Shown piece by piece: positions 1 through 8,402 of a DNA stretch of 64,000 nt; the first letter of the stretch is position 1; each line of letters starts with the position of its first letter. Position numbers and translations under genes: made by a program. The notes under the pieces were generated by a model. That model was not told where the DNA came from, did no database searches, and was given only the letters and a program-made list of their open reading frames with translations. The stretch comes from an uncultured Oscillospiraceae bacterium (GTDB lineage: Bacteria > Bacillota > Clostridia > Oscillospirales > Oscillospiraceae), in the NCBI GenBank assembly GCA_947599875.1, contig CANQFV010000007.1, positions 11,661 through 75,660 on the forward strand, written 5' to 3'.

Positions 1-1
1 C

Positions 2-229
2 GTGAACGGCAAGATCGTGGACTACTTCCCCACCGGCGACGAGCTGGAGGCGGCCAAGCCCGTGATCGAGTACCTCCCCGGCTGGCACAGGGATATCTCC
101 GCCTGCCGCAGCTTCCACGACCTGCCCCGGGAGGCGCAGGATTATGTAAACTTCATCGCCGAATCCACGGGCACCCACATCAGGTATGTCTCCGTCGGCG
201 CGGGGAGAGACGAGTATTTCGAGATGTGA
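2..229 (+). CDS. purA: adenylosuccinate synthase, C-terminal fragment (5' end outside window)
   Basis: ORF enters from the window edge. PurA-like C-terminus (YLPGW...AQDYVNFIAESTG...VSVGAGRDE). Followed by purC and purF. Confidence 0.8.
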   Translation: MNGKIVDYFPTGDELEAAKPVIEYLPGWHRDISACRSFHDLPREAQDYVNFIAESTGTHIRYVSVGAGRDEYFEM

Positions 230-292
230 GATCTCGGCCCCCGCGGCGGAAATGATACAAGAGAAAATAAAAACCCAGGAGGTTTACTAAAA

Positions 293-1006
293 ATGGAAAA
301 GCGCGAACAGCTCTATGAGGGCAAGGCCAAGAAGGTCTTCGCCACCGACGACCCCGATCTTGTCATCGTCAGCTACAAGGACGACGCCACCGCCTTTGAC
401 GGTCTGAAGAAGGGCACCATCGCCGGCAAGGGCTCCATCAACAACCGGATGACCAACTTCCTTATGAAGAAGTTAGAGGCCGCCGGGGTCCCCACCCACC
501 TGGTGGAGGAGCTTTCTGACCGGGACACCCTGGTGAAGAAGGTCTCCATCGTCCCCCTGGAGGTCATCATCCGCAACGTCTCCGCCGGATCCTTCTCCAA
601 GAAGTACGGTGTCCCCGAGGGGATCGTCTTTGACGCGCCCACCATCGAGTTCTCCTATAAAAACGACGACCTCCACGACCCCCTGCTCAACGCCTACCAC
701 GCCGTGGCGCTGAAGCTGGCCACCTGGGAGGAGATCGAGCTGATCAAGAAGTACGCCTTCGCCGTCAACGACTTCCTGAAGGCGGAGATGCTCTCCTGCG
801 GCGTGACCCTGGTGGACTTCAAGCTGGAGTTCGGCAAGACATCGGACGGCCAGATCGTCCTGGCCGACGAGATCAGCCCCGACACCTGCCGCTTCTGGGA
901 CGTGAAAACCAATGAGAAGCTGGACAAGGACCGCTTCCGCCGGGATCTGGGCAACGTGGAGGGCGCCTACCACGAGATGATGAAGCGCCTGGGGCTGGCC
1001 GAGTAA
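293..1006 (+). CDS. purC: phosphoribosylaminoimidazole-succinocarboxamide (SAICAR) synthase
   Basis: 237 aa, N-terminus LYEGKAKKVF, typical PurC length and motifs. AGGAGG RBS about 8 nt upstream. Confidence 0.93.
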   Translation: MEKREQLYEGKAKKVFATDDPDLVIVSYKDDATAFDGLKKGTIAGKGSINNRMTNFLMKKLEAAGVPTHLVEELSDRDTLVKKVSIVPLEVIIRNVSAGSFSKKYGVPEGIVFDAPTIEFSYKNDDLHDPLLNAYHAVALKLATWEEIELIKKYAFAVNDFLKAEMLSCGVTLVDFKLEFGKTSDGQIVLADEISPDTCRFWDVKTNEKLDKDRFRRDLGNVEGAYHEMMKRLGLAE

Positions 1007-1185
1007 CTGGCTTGAAAGCCCTGCGGGCTTTCAAGGCCAAGGGGATGCGTGCGGATAGACTTTGCGAATTGAGAATTCGCAAAGTCTATCCTGCCGCCGC
1101 CCTGCGCGCACGGCCCAGAGGGCCGTACACTTGGGCGGCAAGAGGGATTTTTTGCGAGGCAAAGCCCCGCAAAAAATATTTAAAT
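1007..1185 (+). repeat. multi-hairpin intergenic repeat, copy a (after purC stop)
   Basis: Shares conserved linkers (GCCAAGGGGATGCGTGCGG, CCTGCCGCC, GGCGGCAAGAGGGATTTTTTGCGAGGCAAAGCCCCGCAAAAAATATT) with copies at 24242, 25575, 26428(-) and 33702. Confidence 0.8.
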
Positions 1186-1268
1186 TGCTTTTTGGAAAAA
1201 ATTCTTTTATCGCGCCACGCAAAACTAAATGATCGTGATTTGCAACGGTGCAGAAGGGATCATATTTT

Positions 1269-2690
1269 ATGGATATTCATGACCATATCCATGAGGAGTG
1301 CGGCGTATTCGGAATATACGCCGCAAATCCTTTTCATGTAGGGGACACGGTGTACTACGGGCTGTACGCCCTCCAGCACCGGGGACAGGAGAGCTGCGGG
1401 ATCACCGTATCCAACAACGGGCATTTCACCACGGTGAAGGATCTGGGCCTTGTGTCCGACGTGTTCACCCCGGAGACCCTCAGGTCCCTGGGGGAGGGGA
1501 CGATGGCCGTGGGCCATGTGCGCTACGGCACGACGGGCAACTCCGGGCGGGAGAACGCCCAGCCCATTGTGGTCAGCCACTTCACCGGGAATCTGGCCAC
1601 CGTCCACAACGGGAACCTGACAAACGCCCTCCAGCTCCGGCGGGAGCTGGAGAGCCGCGGGAGCATTTTCCACACCACCTCGGACACGGAGATCATCTCC
1701 TACGTCCTGACCCAGGAGCGGCTGGAGACGAACACGGCGGAGGACGCCGTCCTGCGGGCCATGCACCGCCTAAAGGGCGCCTACTCCCTGATCCTCATGC
1801 TGGAGGACAAGCTCATCGCCATCCGGGACAAAAACGGCTTCCGGCCCCTGTGCTACGGGCGCAACGGCCACGGCGACTATGTGATCGCCTCGGAGAGCTG
1901 CGCCCTCAGCTCCGTCTCCGCGGAGTTCATCCGGGATATCGAGCCGGGCGAGGTGGTGGTATTTGACCGGGACGGCGTCCACAGCATACGGGATAACTGC
2001 GGCAAGGCCCCGGAGGCCCTGTGCATCTTTGAGTATATCTACTTTGCCCGCCCGGACTCCGTCATTGACGGATGTTCCATCCACCATGCCAGGCTCCGGG
2101 CCGGGGCCTTCCTGGCCCAGGACTACCCGGTGGAGGCGGACATCGTCATCGGCGTGCCGGACTCCGGCACGGACGGGGCCATCGGCTACTCCAAGGAGAG
2201 CGGCATCCCCTACGACATTGGCCTCATCAAAAATAAGTATATCGGCCGAACCTTTATCTCCCCGGGCCAGAAATCCCGGGAGACCGGGGTGCGCATAAAA
2301 TTAAACGCCGTCCGGGAGACGGTGGAGGGCAAGCGGGTGGTTCTGGTGGACGACTCCATCGTCAGAAGCACCACCATCGCCCGGACTGTGGCCATCCTCC
2401 GGGAGGCCGGGGCCACCCAGGTGCATGTGCGCGTCACCGCCCCGCCCTTTCTGAACCCCTGCTACTACGGGGTGGATATCGACTCCAGGGAGAACCTGAT
2501 CGCCTGCAAGTACACGGTGCCAGAGATCTGTCAGCTCATCGGCGCGGACTCCCTGGGCTATTTGAAGATCCAGCACCTGCCGGAGCTTCCCGGCGCGGGC
2601 AAGACCGGCTACTGCACCGCCTGCTTCACCGGCGATTACAAGACACGCCTGCCGGAGGAGACGAAACGGGACATGTTTGAGGGAGAATAA
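1269..2690 (+). CDS. purF: amidophosphoribosyltransferase
   Basis: HEECGVFG N-terminal nucleophile Cys after a short propeptide, plus a PRTase motif (VVLVDDSIVRSTT). ATG 1269 has a GAAGGGA RBS. A GTG at 1248 is also open. Confidence 0.92.
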   Translation: MDIHDHIHEECGVFGIYAANPFHVGDTVYYGLYALQHRGQESCGITVSNNGHFTTVKDLGLVSDVFTPETLRSLGEGTMAVGHVRYGTTGNSGRENAQPIVVSHFTGNLATVHNGNLTNALQLRRELESRGSIFHTTSDTEIISYVLTQERLETNTAEDAVLRAMHRLKGAYSLILMLEDKLIAIRDKNGFRPLCYGRNGHGDYVIASESCALSSVSAEFIRDIEPGEVVVFDRDGVHSIRDNCGKAPEALCIFEYIYFARPDSVIDGCSIHHARLRAGAFLAQDYPVEADIVIGVPDSGTDGAIGYSKESGIPYDIGLIKNKYIGRTFISPGQKSRETGVRIKLNAVRETVEGKRVVLVDDSIVRSTTIARTVAILREAGATQVHVRVTAPPFLNPCYYGVDIDSRENLIACKYTVPEICQLIGADSLGYLKIQHLPELPGAGKTGYCTACFTGDYKTRLPEETKRDMFEGE

Positions 2691-2696
2691 ACGCTA

Positions 2697-2730
2697 CGGC
2701 CCCGGCAAAAATGCCGGGGCCGCGCCTTTT
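2697..2730. terminator. bidirectional stem-loop between convergent purF and RNHCP genes
   Basis: CGGCCCCGGC-AAAAAT-GCCGGGGCCG followed by CGCCTTTT. Confidence 0.55.
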
Positions 2731-3155
2731 CACTTTGGTTCCTTGTTTCCGTTGAGAAGCTCCGTCAGCTCCCGGATCCGCTCTATGGGGAACGGGGGAG
2801 AGGCCACGGGCTTCATGGCCAGGCTCAGAAGCTTGACCGGGTTGTCGTCGGCGGCCACACGGTTGGAGCTGAGGGCGCCGCACACGCGGCACCGGTGGAT
2901 GATTGCCCACTCGCCGCCCCTTCTGACCCAGACGGCAATGGGTTCCATGACCCCTCCGCACTCCGCCGCCCGGTCGCCGGGTTCTTTGTCCAGATGCTTG
3001 CTGGACAGACAGTAGGGACAGTGGTTTCTGTGGGCTGTCCCGGCCCCCTCCGGCGTCACCGAACGCCCGCAGACCTGGCAGGTGAAGGATCCGCCGCAGG
3101 GGTGGTTTTTGTAAAAATCCCTTTCAAACGCTTTATTCTGTTGATCTCTGTTCAC
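2730..3155 (-). CDS. RNHCP domain-containing zinc-ribbon protein
   Basis: Literal RNHCPYCL motif plus several CxxC pairs. GTG 3155 is preceded by AGGAGG at 8 nt. The track ORF extends to a TTG at 3182. Confidence 0.75.
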   Translation of the reverse strand: MNRDQQNKAFERDFYKNHPCGGSFTCQVCGRSVTPEGAGTAHRNHCPYCLSSKHLDKEPGDRAAECGGVMEPIAVWVRRGGEWAIIHRCRVCGALSSNRVAADDNPVKLLSLAMKPVASPPFPIERIRELTELLNGNKEPK

Positions 3156-3364
3156 GGGAATGACCTCCTGAAGTAAAATCAAAGATTCTCATCCTTCGGA
3201 GGCTTGTTGGCGGCAAACCTCCGGGTTATGTCACAGTCACTTTCCTACCGGTAAGCTTCTTCATATAAATCTCCTTATCGTGTGAAAAATTTGGACGTGC
3301 CGGACGTCCGCACTGTCAGGATATCACCTCTGGCCCGCCTTTTCAAGAAATTCTCCCCGGCGGG

Positions 3365-3393
3365 TTGAAAAAACTTCTCCGTTGTGGTAAAAT
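3365..3393 (+). promoter_or_regulatory. candidate sigma-A promoter of the aminotransferase gene
   Basis: TTGAAA (3365-3370), 17-nt spacer, TAAAAT (3388-3393). Confidence 0.45.
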
Positions 3394-3425
3394 ATCCTCC
3401 AATATGTTTGCCTGGGGGTGCTGGG

Positions 3426-4619
3426 ATGATTTCCGCAAAAATGCTGAAGATGACCGAGGGGGGCAGCGCCATACGCGCCATGTTTGAGGAGGGGGCGCGG
3501 CTGGCCGCCAAGTACGGACGGGAGAACGTCTACGATTTCTCCCTGGGGAACCCCAATATCCCGGCGCCGGAGAAGGTCAGGCGCGAGATCGTCCGCATCG
3601 CCAGCGAGACGGATCCGATGGAGCTTCACGGCTACATGTCCAACGCCGGCTACCCGGAGACAAGGGCGCGGGTGGCGCAGTCCCTGAACCGCCGGTTCGG
3701 CACGGATTTCCACACCGACAGCATCCTGATGACCGTGGGCGCCGCGGGGGGACTGAACGTGCTGCTCAAGACGCTCTTAAACCCCGGGGACGAGGTGCTT
3801 GTATTCGCCCCGTACTTTTTGGAGTACGGCAACTATGTGTCCAACTTTGACGGGGTGCTGAAGGCCGTCCCCGCCAACATCGCCGGGCGCTTCCAGCCGG
3901 ACGCCCAGGCCCTCCGGGAGGCCCTGACGGAGAGGACGAAGGCTCTGATCCTGAATAACCCCAACAACCCCACCGGGGTCATCTACACGGAGGAGTCCCT
4001 CCGGGCCGTGGCGGCCGTGCTGGAGGAGGCGGAGCGCCGGTTCGGGCACCCCATCTACCTCCTCTCCGATGAGCCGTACCGGGAGCTTGCCTATGACGGA
4101 CGGGTGACGCCCTGGCCCACCGGCTTTTACCGGGACACGCTTGTGTGCTACTCCTGGTCGAAGTCCCTGTCCCTGCCCGGGGAGCGCATCGGCTATATCG
4201 CCATCCCCCCGGCGTGCGCGGACGCCAAGCTGATCTTTGACGCGGCGGTGATTGCCAACCGCATCCTGGGCTTTGTCAACGCCCCCAGCCTCCAGCAGAA
4301 GCTGGTGGCGGAGTGCCTGGAGGAGGGGACGGATCTGGCGGCCTACGACAAAAACCGCAGGGCGCTGTACGAGGGCCTCACGAGGGTGGGCTTTGACTGC
4401 GTCTATCCCGACGGGGCCTTCTATATGTGGGTCAGGACGCCGGGGGACGACAACGAGTTTGTCAAGCGCGCCAAGGATCACAACATCCTGGTGGTCCCGG
4501 GGTCCAGCTTCGCCTGCCCGGGGTATGTGCGCATCGCCTACTGCGTGAGCTACGACACCATCGTCCGCTCCCTCCCGGCCTTTGAAAAGCTGGCCGCGGA
4601 GTACGGACTTTCAAAATAA
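3426..4619 (+). CDS. pyridoxal-phosphate-dependent aminotransferase, class I/II (aspartate/alanine type)
   Basis: IRAMFEEG...YDFSLGNPN...NNPNNPTG...SWSKSLSLPGERIGY (PLP lysine). The start MISAKM fits the family better than the GTG at 3384. Confidence 0.88.
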   Translation: MISAKMLKMTEGGSAIRAMFEEGARLAAKYGRENVYDFSLGNPNIPAPEKVRREIVRIASETDPMELHGYMSNAGYPETRARVAQSLNRRFGTDFHTDSILMTVGAAGGLNVLLKTLLNPGDEVLVFAPYFLEYGNYVSNFDGVLKAVPANIAGRFQPDAQALREALTERTKALILNNPNNPTGVIYTEESLRAVAAVLEEAERRFGHPIYLLSDEPYRELAYDGRVTPWPTGFYRDTLVCYSWSKSLSLPGERIGYIAIPPACADAKLIFDAAVIANRILGFVNAPSLQQKLVAECLEEGTDLAAYDKNRRALYEGLTRVGFDCVYPDGAFYMWVRTPGDDNEFVKRAKDHNILVVPGSSFACPGYVRIAYCVSYDTIVRSLPAFEKLAAEYGLSK

Positions 4620-4639
4620 GGATCAAACGGGAGAGAACT

Positions 4640-5653
4640 ATGGAAAACACCGAGAATACGCCGAAAAAGGTTATGCTCTCCGGCATACAGCCCAGCGGGG
4701 ATCTGCATCTGGGCAACTACCTGGGGGCCATCCGCAACTGGGCCGGGCGGGCCGACCAGTTTGACTGCTTCTACTTCATGGCGGATATGCACACCATCAC
4801 GGTGCGCCAGAACCCCGCGGATCTGAGGCGGAGGACTCTGGAGCAGCTGGCCCAGTACATCGCCTGCGGCCTGGATCCGGAGAAGAATACCCTTTTTGTC
4901 CAGTCCCATGTGCATCAGCACGCGGAGCTGGGGTGGGTCTTAAACTGCTACACCATGTTTGGGGAGCTTTCCCGCATGACCCAGTTTAAGGACAAGGCGG
5001 ACAGGCACAAGGAGAACGTCAACGGCGGCCTCTTCACCTACCCCTGCCTGATGGCGGCGGATATCCTGCTCTACCAGCCGGACTTCGTGCCCGTGGGGGA
5101 GGATCAGAAGCAGCATGTGGAGCTTACCCGGAACATCGTCCAGCGCTTCAACGGCATCTACGGGGACGTTTTTAAAATGCCGGAGCCTTTTATCCCCAAG
5201 GCGGGGGCCAGGGTCATGGGCCTGTCCGCGCCGGAGAGCAAGATGAGCAAATCCGTGCCGGAGGGGTGCGTCTTCCTCATGGAGCAGCCGGAGGATATCC
5301 GCCGCAAGTTCAAGCGGGCGGTGACGGACTCCGATACGGAGCATTGCGTCCGGTATGACCCGGAGAAGAAGCCCGGCGTCTCCAACCTGATGACCATCTA
5401 CTCCGCCGTCACGGGCAAGAGCTATGAAGAGATCGAGTCGGAATTTGACGGCCAGGGCTACGGAGCCTTCAAGCCCGCCGTGGGGGACGCGGTGATCGAG
5501 ACGCTCCGCCCCATCCGGGAGGAGACCCAGCGCCTGTTGAAGGACAAGGCGTATCTGGAGGACGTGTACCGCACGGGGGCGCAGAGGGCCTCCGCCGTGG
5601 CCGAAAAGACCCTCCGGAAAGTATATAAAAAGGTGGGCTTTCTCCAGAGATAA
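4640..5653 (+). CDS. trpS: tryptophan--tRNA ligase
   Basis: Class I signatures GDLHLGNY (HIGH-like) and KMSKS. 337 aa. Confidence 0.94.
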   Translation: MENTENTPKKVMLSGIQPSGDLHLGNYLGAIRNWAGRADQFDCFYFMADMHTITVRQNPADLRRRTLEQLAQYIACGLDPEKNTLFVQSHVHQHAELGWVLNCYTMFGELSRMTQFKDKADRHKENVNGGLFTYPCLMAADILLYQPDFVPVGEDQKQHVELTRNIVQRFNGIYGDVFKMPEPFIPKAGARVMGLSAPESKMSKSVPEGCVFLMEQPEDIRRKFKRAVTDSDTEHCVRYDPEKKPGVSNLMTIYSAVTGKSYEEIESEFDGQGYGAFKPAVGDAVIETLRPIREETQRLLKDKAYLEDVYRTGAQRASAVAEKTLRKVYKKVGFLQR

Positions 5654-5673
5654 GCCCCGGGGACAGAAAGATT

Positions 5674-6810
5674 ATGAGTATAGAATTACACGATCTCATC
5701 GTTATCGGACTATCGCTTGTCCTGTCCTTCTTGGTGTGCTTCGCCATGACGCCCCTGGTGCGGTCATTTGCCGTGCGGGTGGGGGCGGTGGACGTACCTA
5801 AGGACGGGCGGCGTATGCACGACCACCCCATCCCCCGGCAGGGCGGACTTGCCATCTTCCTGGGGTTTCTTGTGGCGGTGGTTCTGCTGGCGGATCTGGA
5901 CAGGCCCGTGCAGGGCATCCTCCTGGGATCCGTGATCATCGTCACGGTGGGGGCCATTGACGACATTGTGCCCCTGCCGGCCCTTTTGAAATTCGTCATC
6001 CAGATCGCCGCCGCCGGCGTGGCGGTGGCCTTCGGCGTGCGCATTGAGATGATCGCCAACCCCATCTTCTGGAGCGACCAGCCCGTCATCTACTTCGGCG
6101 CCTGGAGCATACCCATCACCATCTTTTGGATCGTGGGGATCACAAACTCCATCAACCTCATTGACGGCCTGGACGGCCTGGCCTGCGGCGTGTCGGCCAT
6201 CTCGTCCCTGTCCATCCTTGTGATCGCCCTTGTGATGAGGCAGGTGAACATCGCCGTCATCCTGGCGGCGGTGCTGGGGGCCTGTCTGGGCTTCATCCCC
6301 TACAACTACAACCCGGCCAAGATCTTTATGGGGGACACCGGGGCGCTGCTCTTGGGGTATGTGCTGTCCACCGTGTCCGTCATAGGGCTGTTCAAATTCT
6401 ACACCATCGTGACCTTCGCGGTGCCGGTGCTGGCCCTGGCTCTGCCTATTTTTGACACATGCTTTGCCATCATCCGCAGGCTTTTAAAGGGGCAGAATCC
6501 CATGAGTCCGGACAGGGGGCACTTCCACCACAGACTTATCGACATGGGCCTCTCCCAGAAGCAGTCCGTGGCGGTGCTGTACGCCATATCCGCCGTGCTG
6601 GGCCTGTCCGCCGTGCTGATCGCCACAAACGGGGCACTGCGGGCGCTGATCGTCGTGTTCGCCTTTTGCCTGGCGATCATCATCGGGATCGCCCTTCTGC
6701 GTAACCACGACGTCCACGCCTACCAGCGGCAGGAGGCCATGCGCGCCGAGACCCAGGACGGGAAGGATCCGCCGGAGAGTCAGGAAGAAAATCAGGACAG
6801 GGAGCCTTAA
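5674..6810 (+). CDS. glycosyltransferase family 4 (MraY/WecA/TagO-type undecaprenyl-phosphate sugar-phosphotransferase)
   Basis: Polytopic membrane protein with NSINLIDGLDGLA, FMGDTGALLLGY and HFHHRLI motifs. Confidence 0.88.
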   Translation: MSIELHDLIVIGLSLVLSFLVCFAMTPLVRSFAVRVGAVDVPKDGRRMHDHPIPRQGGLAIFLGFLVAVVLLADLDRPVQGILLGSVIIVTVGAIDDIVPLPALLKFVIQIAAAGVAVAFGVRIEMIANPIFWSDQPVIYFGAWSIPITIFWIVGITNSINLIDGLDGLACGVSAISSLSILVIALVMRQVNIAVILAAVLGACLGFIPYNYNPAKIFMGDTGALLLGYVLSTVSVIGLFKFYTIVTFAVPVLALALPIFDTCFAIIRRLLKGQNPMSPDRGHFHHRLIDMGLSQKQSVAVLYAISAVLGLSAVLIATNGALRALIVVFAFCLAIIIGIALLRNHDVHAYQRQEAMRAETQDGKDPPESQEENQDREP

Positions 6811-7115
6811 AGGCTATCCCTGTCCTTTTTGAAAAGGGAGGGGGCCACGACGATGAGGATGATGAGAAAATCCTCGTCCCGGCTCTCGGTATAGAGAAAA
6901 AGCAGGATCACAACAAGGAGGAGATCCCCCGTGTCCATCCCCTCCGGCAGGAGGCCGGCGAGTCCGGCAAAGGGGGACTTCCCCGCCCGGTTTTGGCGGG
7001 GAATGTCCCGGGGCGGCGGGGGCGGCGCGGTGTGCGTCTGCTCCGGCGCGGCCTGCGGTCCCGGGGATCCCCCACGCCCCCGGCCCGGGGGAGGGGGAGC
7101 GCGCCGGGCGTCCAT
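6807..7115 (-). CDS. hypothetical protein, Pro-rich N-terminus with hydrophobic/acidic C-terminal tail
   Basis: ORF downstream of 7150..7509 on the same strand. The tail is GDLLLVVILLFLYTESRDEDFLIILIVV. The start was chosen at the Met that avoids overlap. Confidence 0.4.
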   Translation of the reverse strand: MDARRAPPPPGRGRGGSPGPQAAPEQTHTAPPPPPRDIPRQNRAGKSPFAGLAGLLPEGMDTGDLLLVVILLFLYTESRDEDFLIILIVVAPSLFKKDRDSL

Positions 7116-7149
7116 TTGCCGGCGGACCCAGGCGGGCTGCGCGGCACTG

Positions 7150-7509
7150 TTATAGGCCGAAATGGAAGTCACCCCCGAATTCGTTGACGGCGGCCCGGGC
7201 CACACGGACGATCCCGGCCACCTTCACCGCCCGGTCAAGGGTCTCCCGGCGCTCCGGGCGGACATAGGGCTTCATGGAGGCGATGAGCGCGGCCTTGCCG
7301 TCGTCCCGCTCCCGCAGCTTTTTCAAAAGGCCCATCACCCGGGAGAGGGTGGCGGGGTCAAGCTCCGGCATATCGGGCTCCGGCTCCGGCTTTTGCTCCG
7401 CAGGCGCGGCCTTGGCGCCGCCGGTGAGCTTTTGGGCGATGCCCATGATCTTCTCCATATCCTCCGGCGAGGAGAGTACGGAGTTTAGCATGTCCTCAAA
7501 CCCGTCCAT
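7150..7509 (-). CDS. hypothetical protein
   Basis: 119-aa ORF, co-directional with and tightly spaced to its neighbours. No recognisable domain. Confidence 0.5.
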   Translation of the reverse strand: MDGFEDMLNSVLSSPEDMEKIMGIAQKLTGGAKAAPAEQKPEPEPDMPELDPATLSRVMGLLKKLRERDDGKAALIASMKPYVRPERRETLDRAVKVAGIVRVARAAVNEFGGDFHFGL

Positions 7510-7518
7510 GACGCGGCC

Positions 7519-7782
7519 TCACCTGCCCATCAGCTCCTGAAGGTTTTTCAGGAGCCTGGCGCCGGATTCCGTGCGGATGACCCGGGACACGGCGTCCCGG
7601 AGGGCCGCGGTGTCGCCCTGGCGGACGGCCTCCTCAAAGCCGGCCTTCCGGAGCATGGTTTTCACGTCCTCCCCGTCCCGGGAGGCGGCGATGCGCCGGA
7701 TGTCCTCCTGCTTTCCGGCGATCCTTTTGCCGTCCTCGCTCTCCATGAAGCGGCCGGCAAGATCGGATACCTGGTTATCCAT
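7519..7782 (-). CDS. hypothetical protein
   Basis: ORF with a GGGGTGAAAAG RBS before MDNQVSD. The track ORF starts 27 nt further upstream. Confidence 0.5.
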   Translation of the reverse strand: MDNQVSDLAGRFMESEDGKRIAGKQEDIRRIAASRDGEDVKTMLRKAGFEEAVRQGDTAALRDAVSRVIRTESGARLLKNLQELMGR

Positions 7783-7845
7783 CTTTTCACCCCCAATAAT
7801 TCTCATCACGCCATTCTATTCCGGCAATGCCCATGAGGTGAACGT

Positions 7846-8307
7846 ATGAAGATACTTGTTTTTTCCGACTCCCACCGGAACCTTCCGCCGATGGAGACGG
7901 CCGTTTTGGAGGAAAAGCCCGACCAGATCATCCACCTGGGGGATCTGGAGTCGGACGCGGAGGATCTGAGCCGCTTCTTCCCCCGCATCCCGGTGGCCTC
8001 CGTGGCGGGCAACTGCGACTTTGCCTATGCCGCGGAGCGGTATAAGCTGATCACCCTGGGCGGGAAGAAGTTTTTTATCACCCACGGCCACCACTACGGG
8101 GTGAAGATGGGTCTGGACAGGCTCATCAACACGGCCCTGACGGCCGGGGCGGACGCGGCCCTCTTCGGCCACACCCACGTCCCCCACATGAGTACCGTGT
8201 CCCGGATGCTCGTGCTGAACCCCGGCACGGTGGGGATGGGCCGCAGGACATACGCCGTCGTCACCGTGGAGAACGGGGAGCTGACGGCCCAGCTTCGGGA
8301 AGTGTGA
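7846..8307 (+). CDS. YfcE/MJ0936-family metallophosphoesterase
   Basis: MKILVFSDSH...GDL...ITHGHHY...GHTHVP metal-ligand motifs. 153 aa. Confidence 0.85.
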   Translation: MKILVFSDSHRNLPPMETAVLEEKPDQIIHLGDLESDAEDLSRFFPRIPVASVAGNCDFAYAAERYKLITLGGKKFFITHGHHYGVKMGLDRLINTALTAGADAALFGHTHVPHMSTVSRMLVLNPGTVGMGRRTYAVVTVENGELTAQLREV

Positions 8308-8402
8308 AAATGGGAAAAAAGTGGACAAGCTTCCCGGAATATGGTAGACTTGTGACAGGCAGAGCGGATGATCCTTACCTTACCCCATAGGGAGGTGACA
8401 GA

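Noticed and set aside
3190-3290. 12-aa leader ORF (MKKLTGRKVTVT, strong AAGGAG RBS, minus strand) plus a 9-bp hairpin upstream of the RNHCP gene, considered as an attenuator or riboswitch
   Set aside because: The hairpin is not followed by a U-run. No alternative anti-terminator pairing or known riboswitch consensus was recognisable, and the peptide has no regulatory codon bias.
4620-4639. T-box leader upstream of trpS
   Set aside because: Only 20 nt separate the aminotransferase stop from the trpS start, so there is no room for a T-box riboswitch. trpS is probably co-transcribed.
6931-7187. Plus-strand 64-74-aa Gly/Arg/Pro-rich ORFs overlapping the minus-strand gene 6807..7115
   Set aside because: Extreme low-complexity translations with no RBS. 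They are antisense to an ORF that at least has a conserved-looking hydrophobic/acidic tail.
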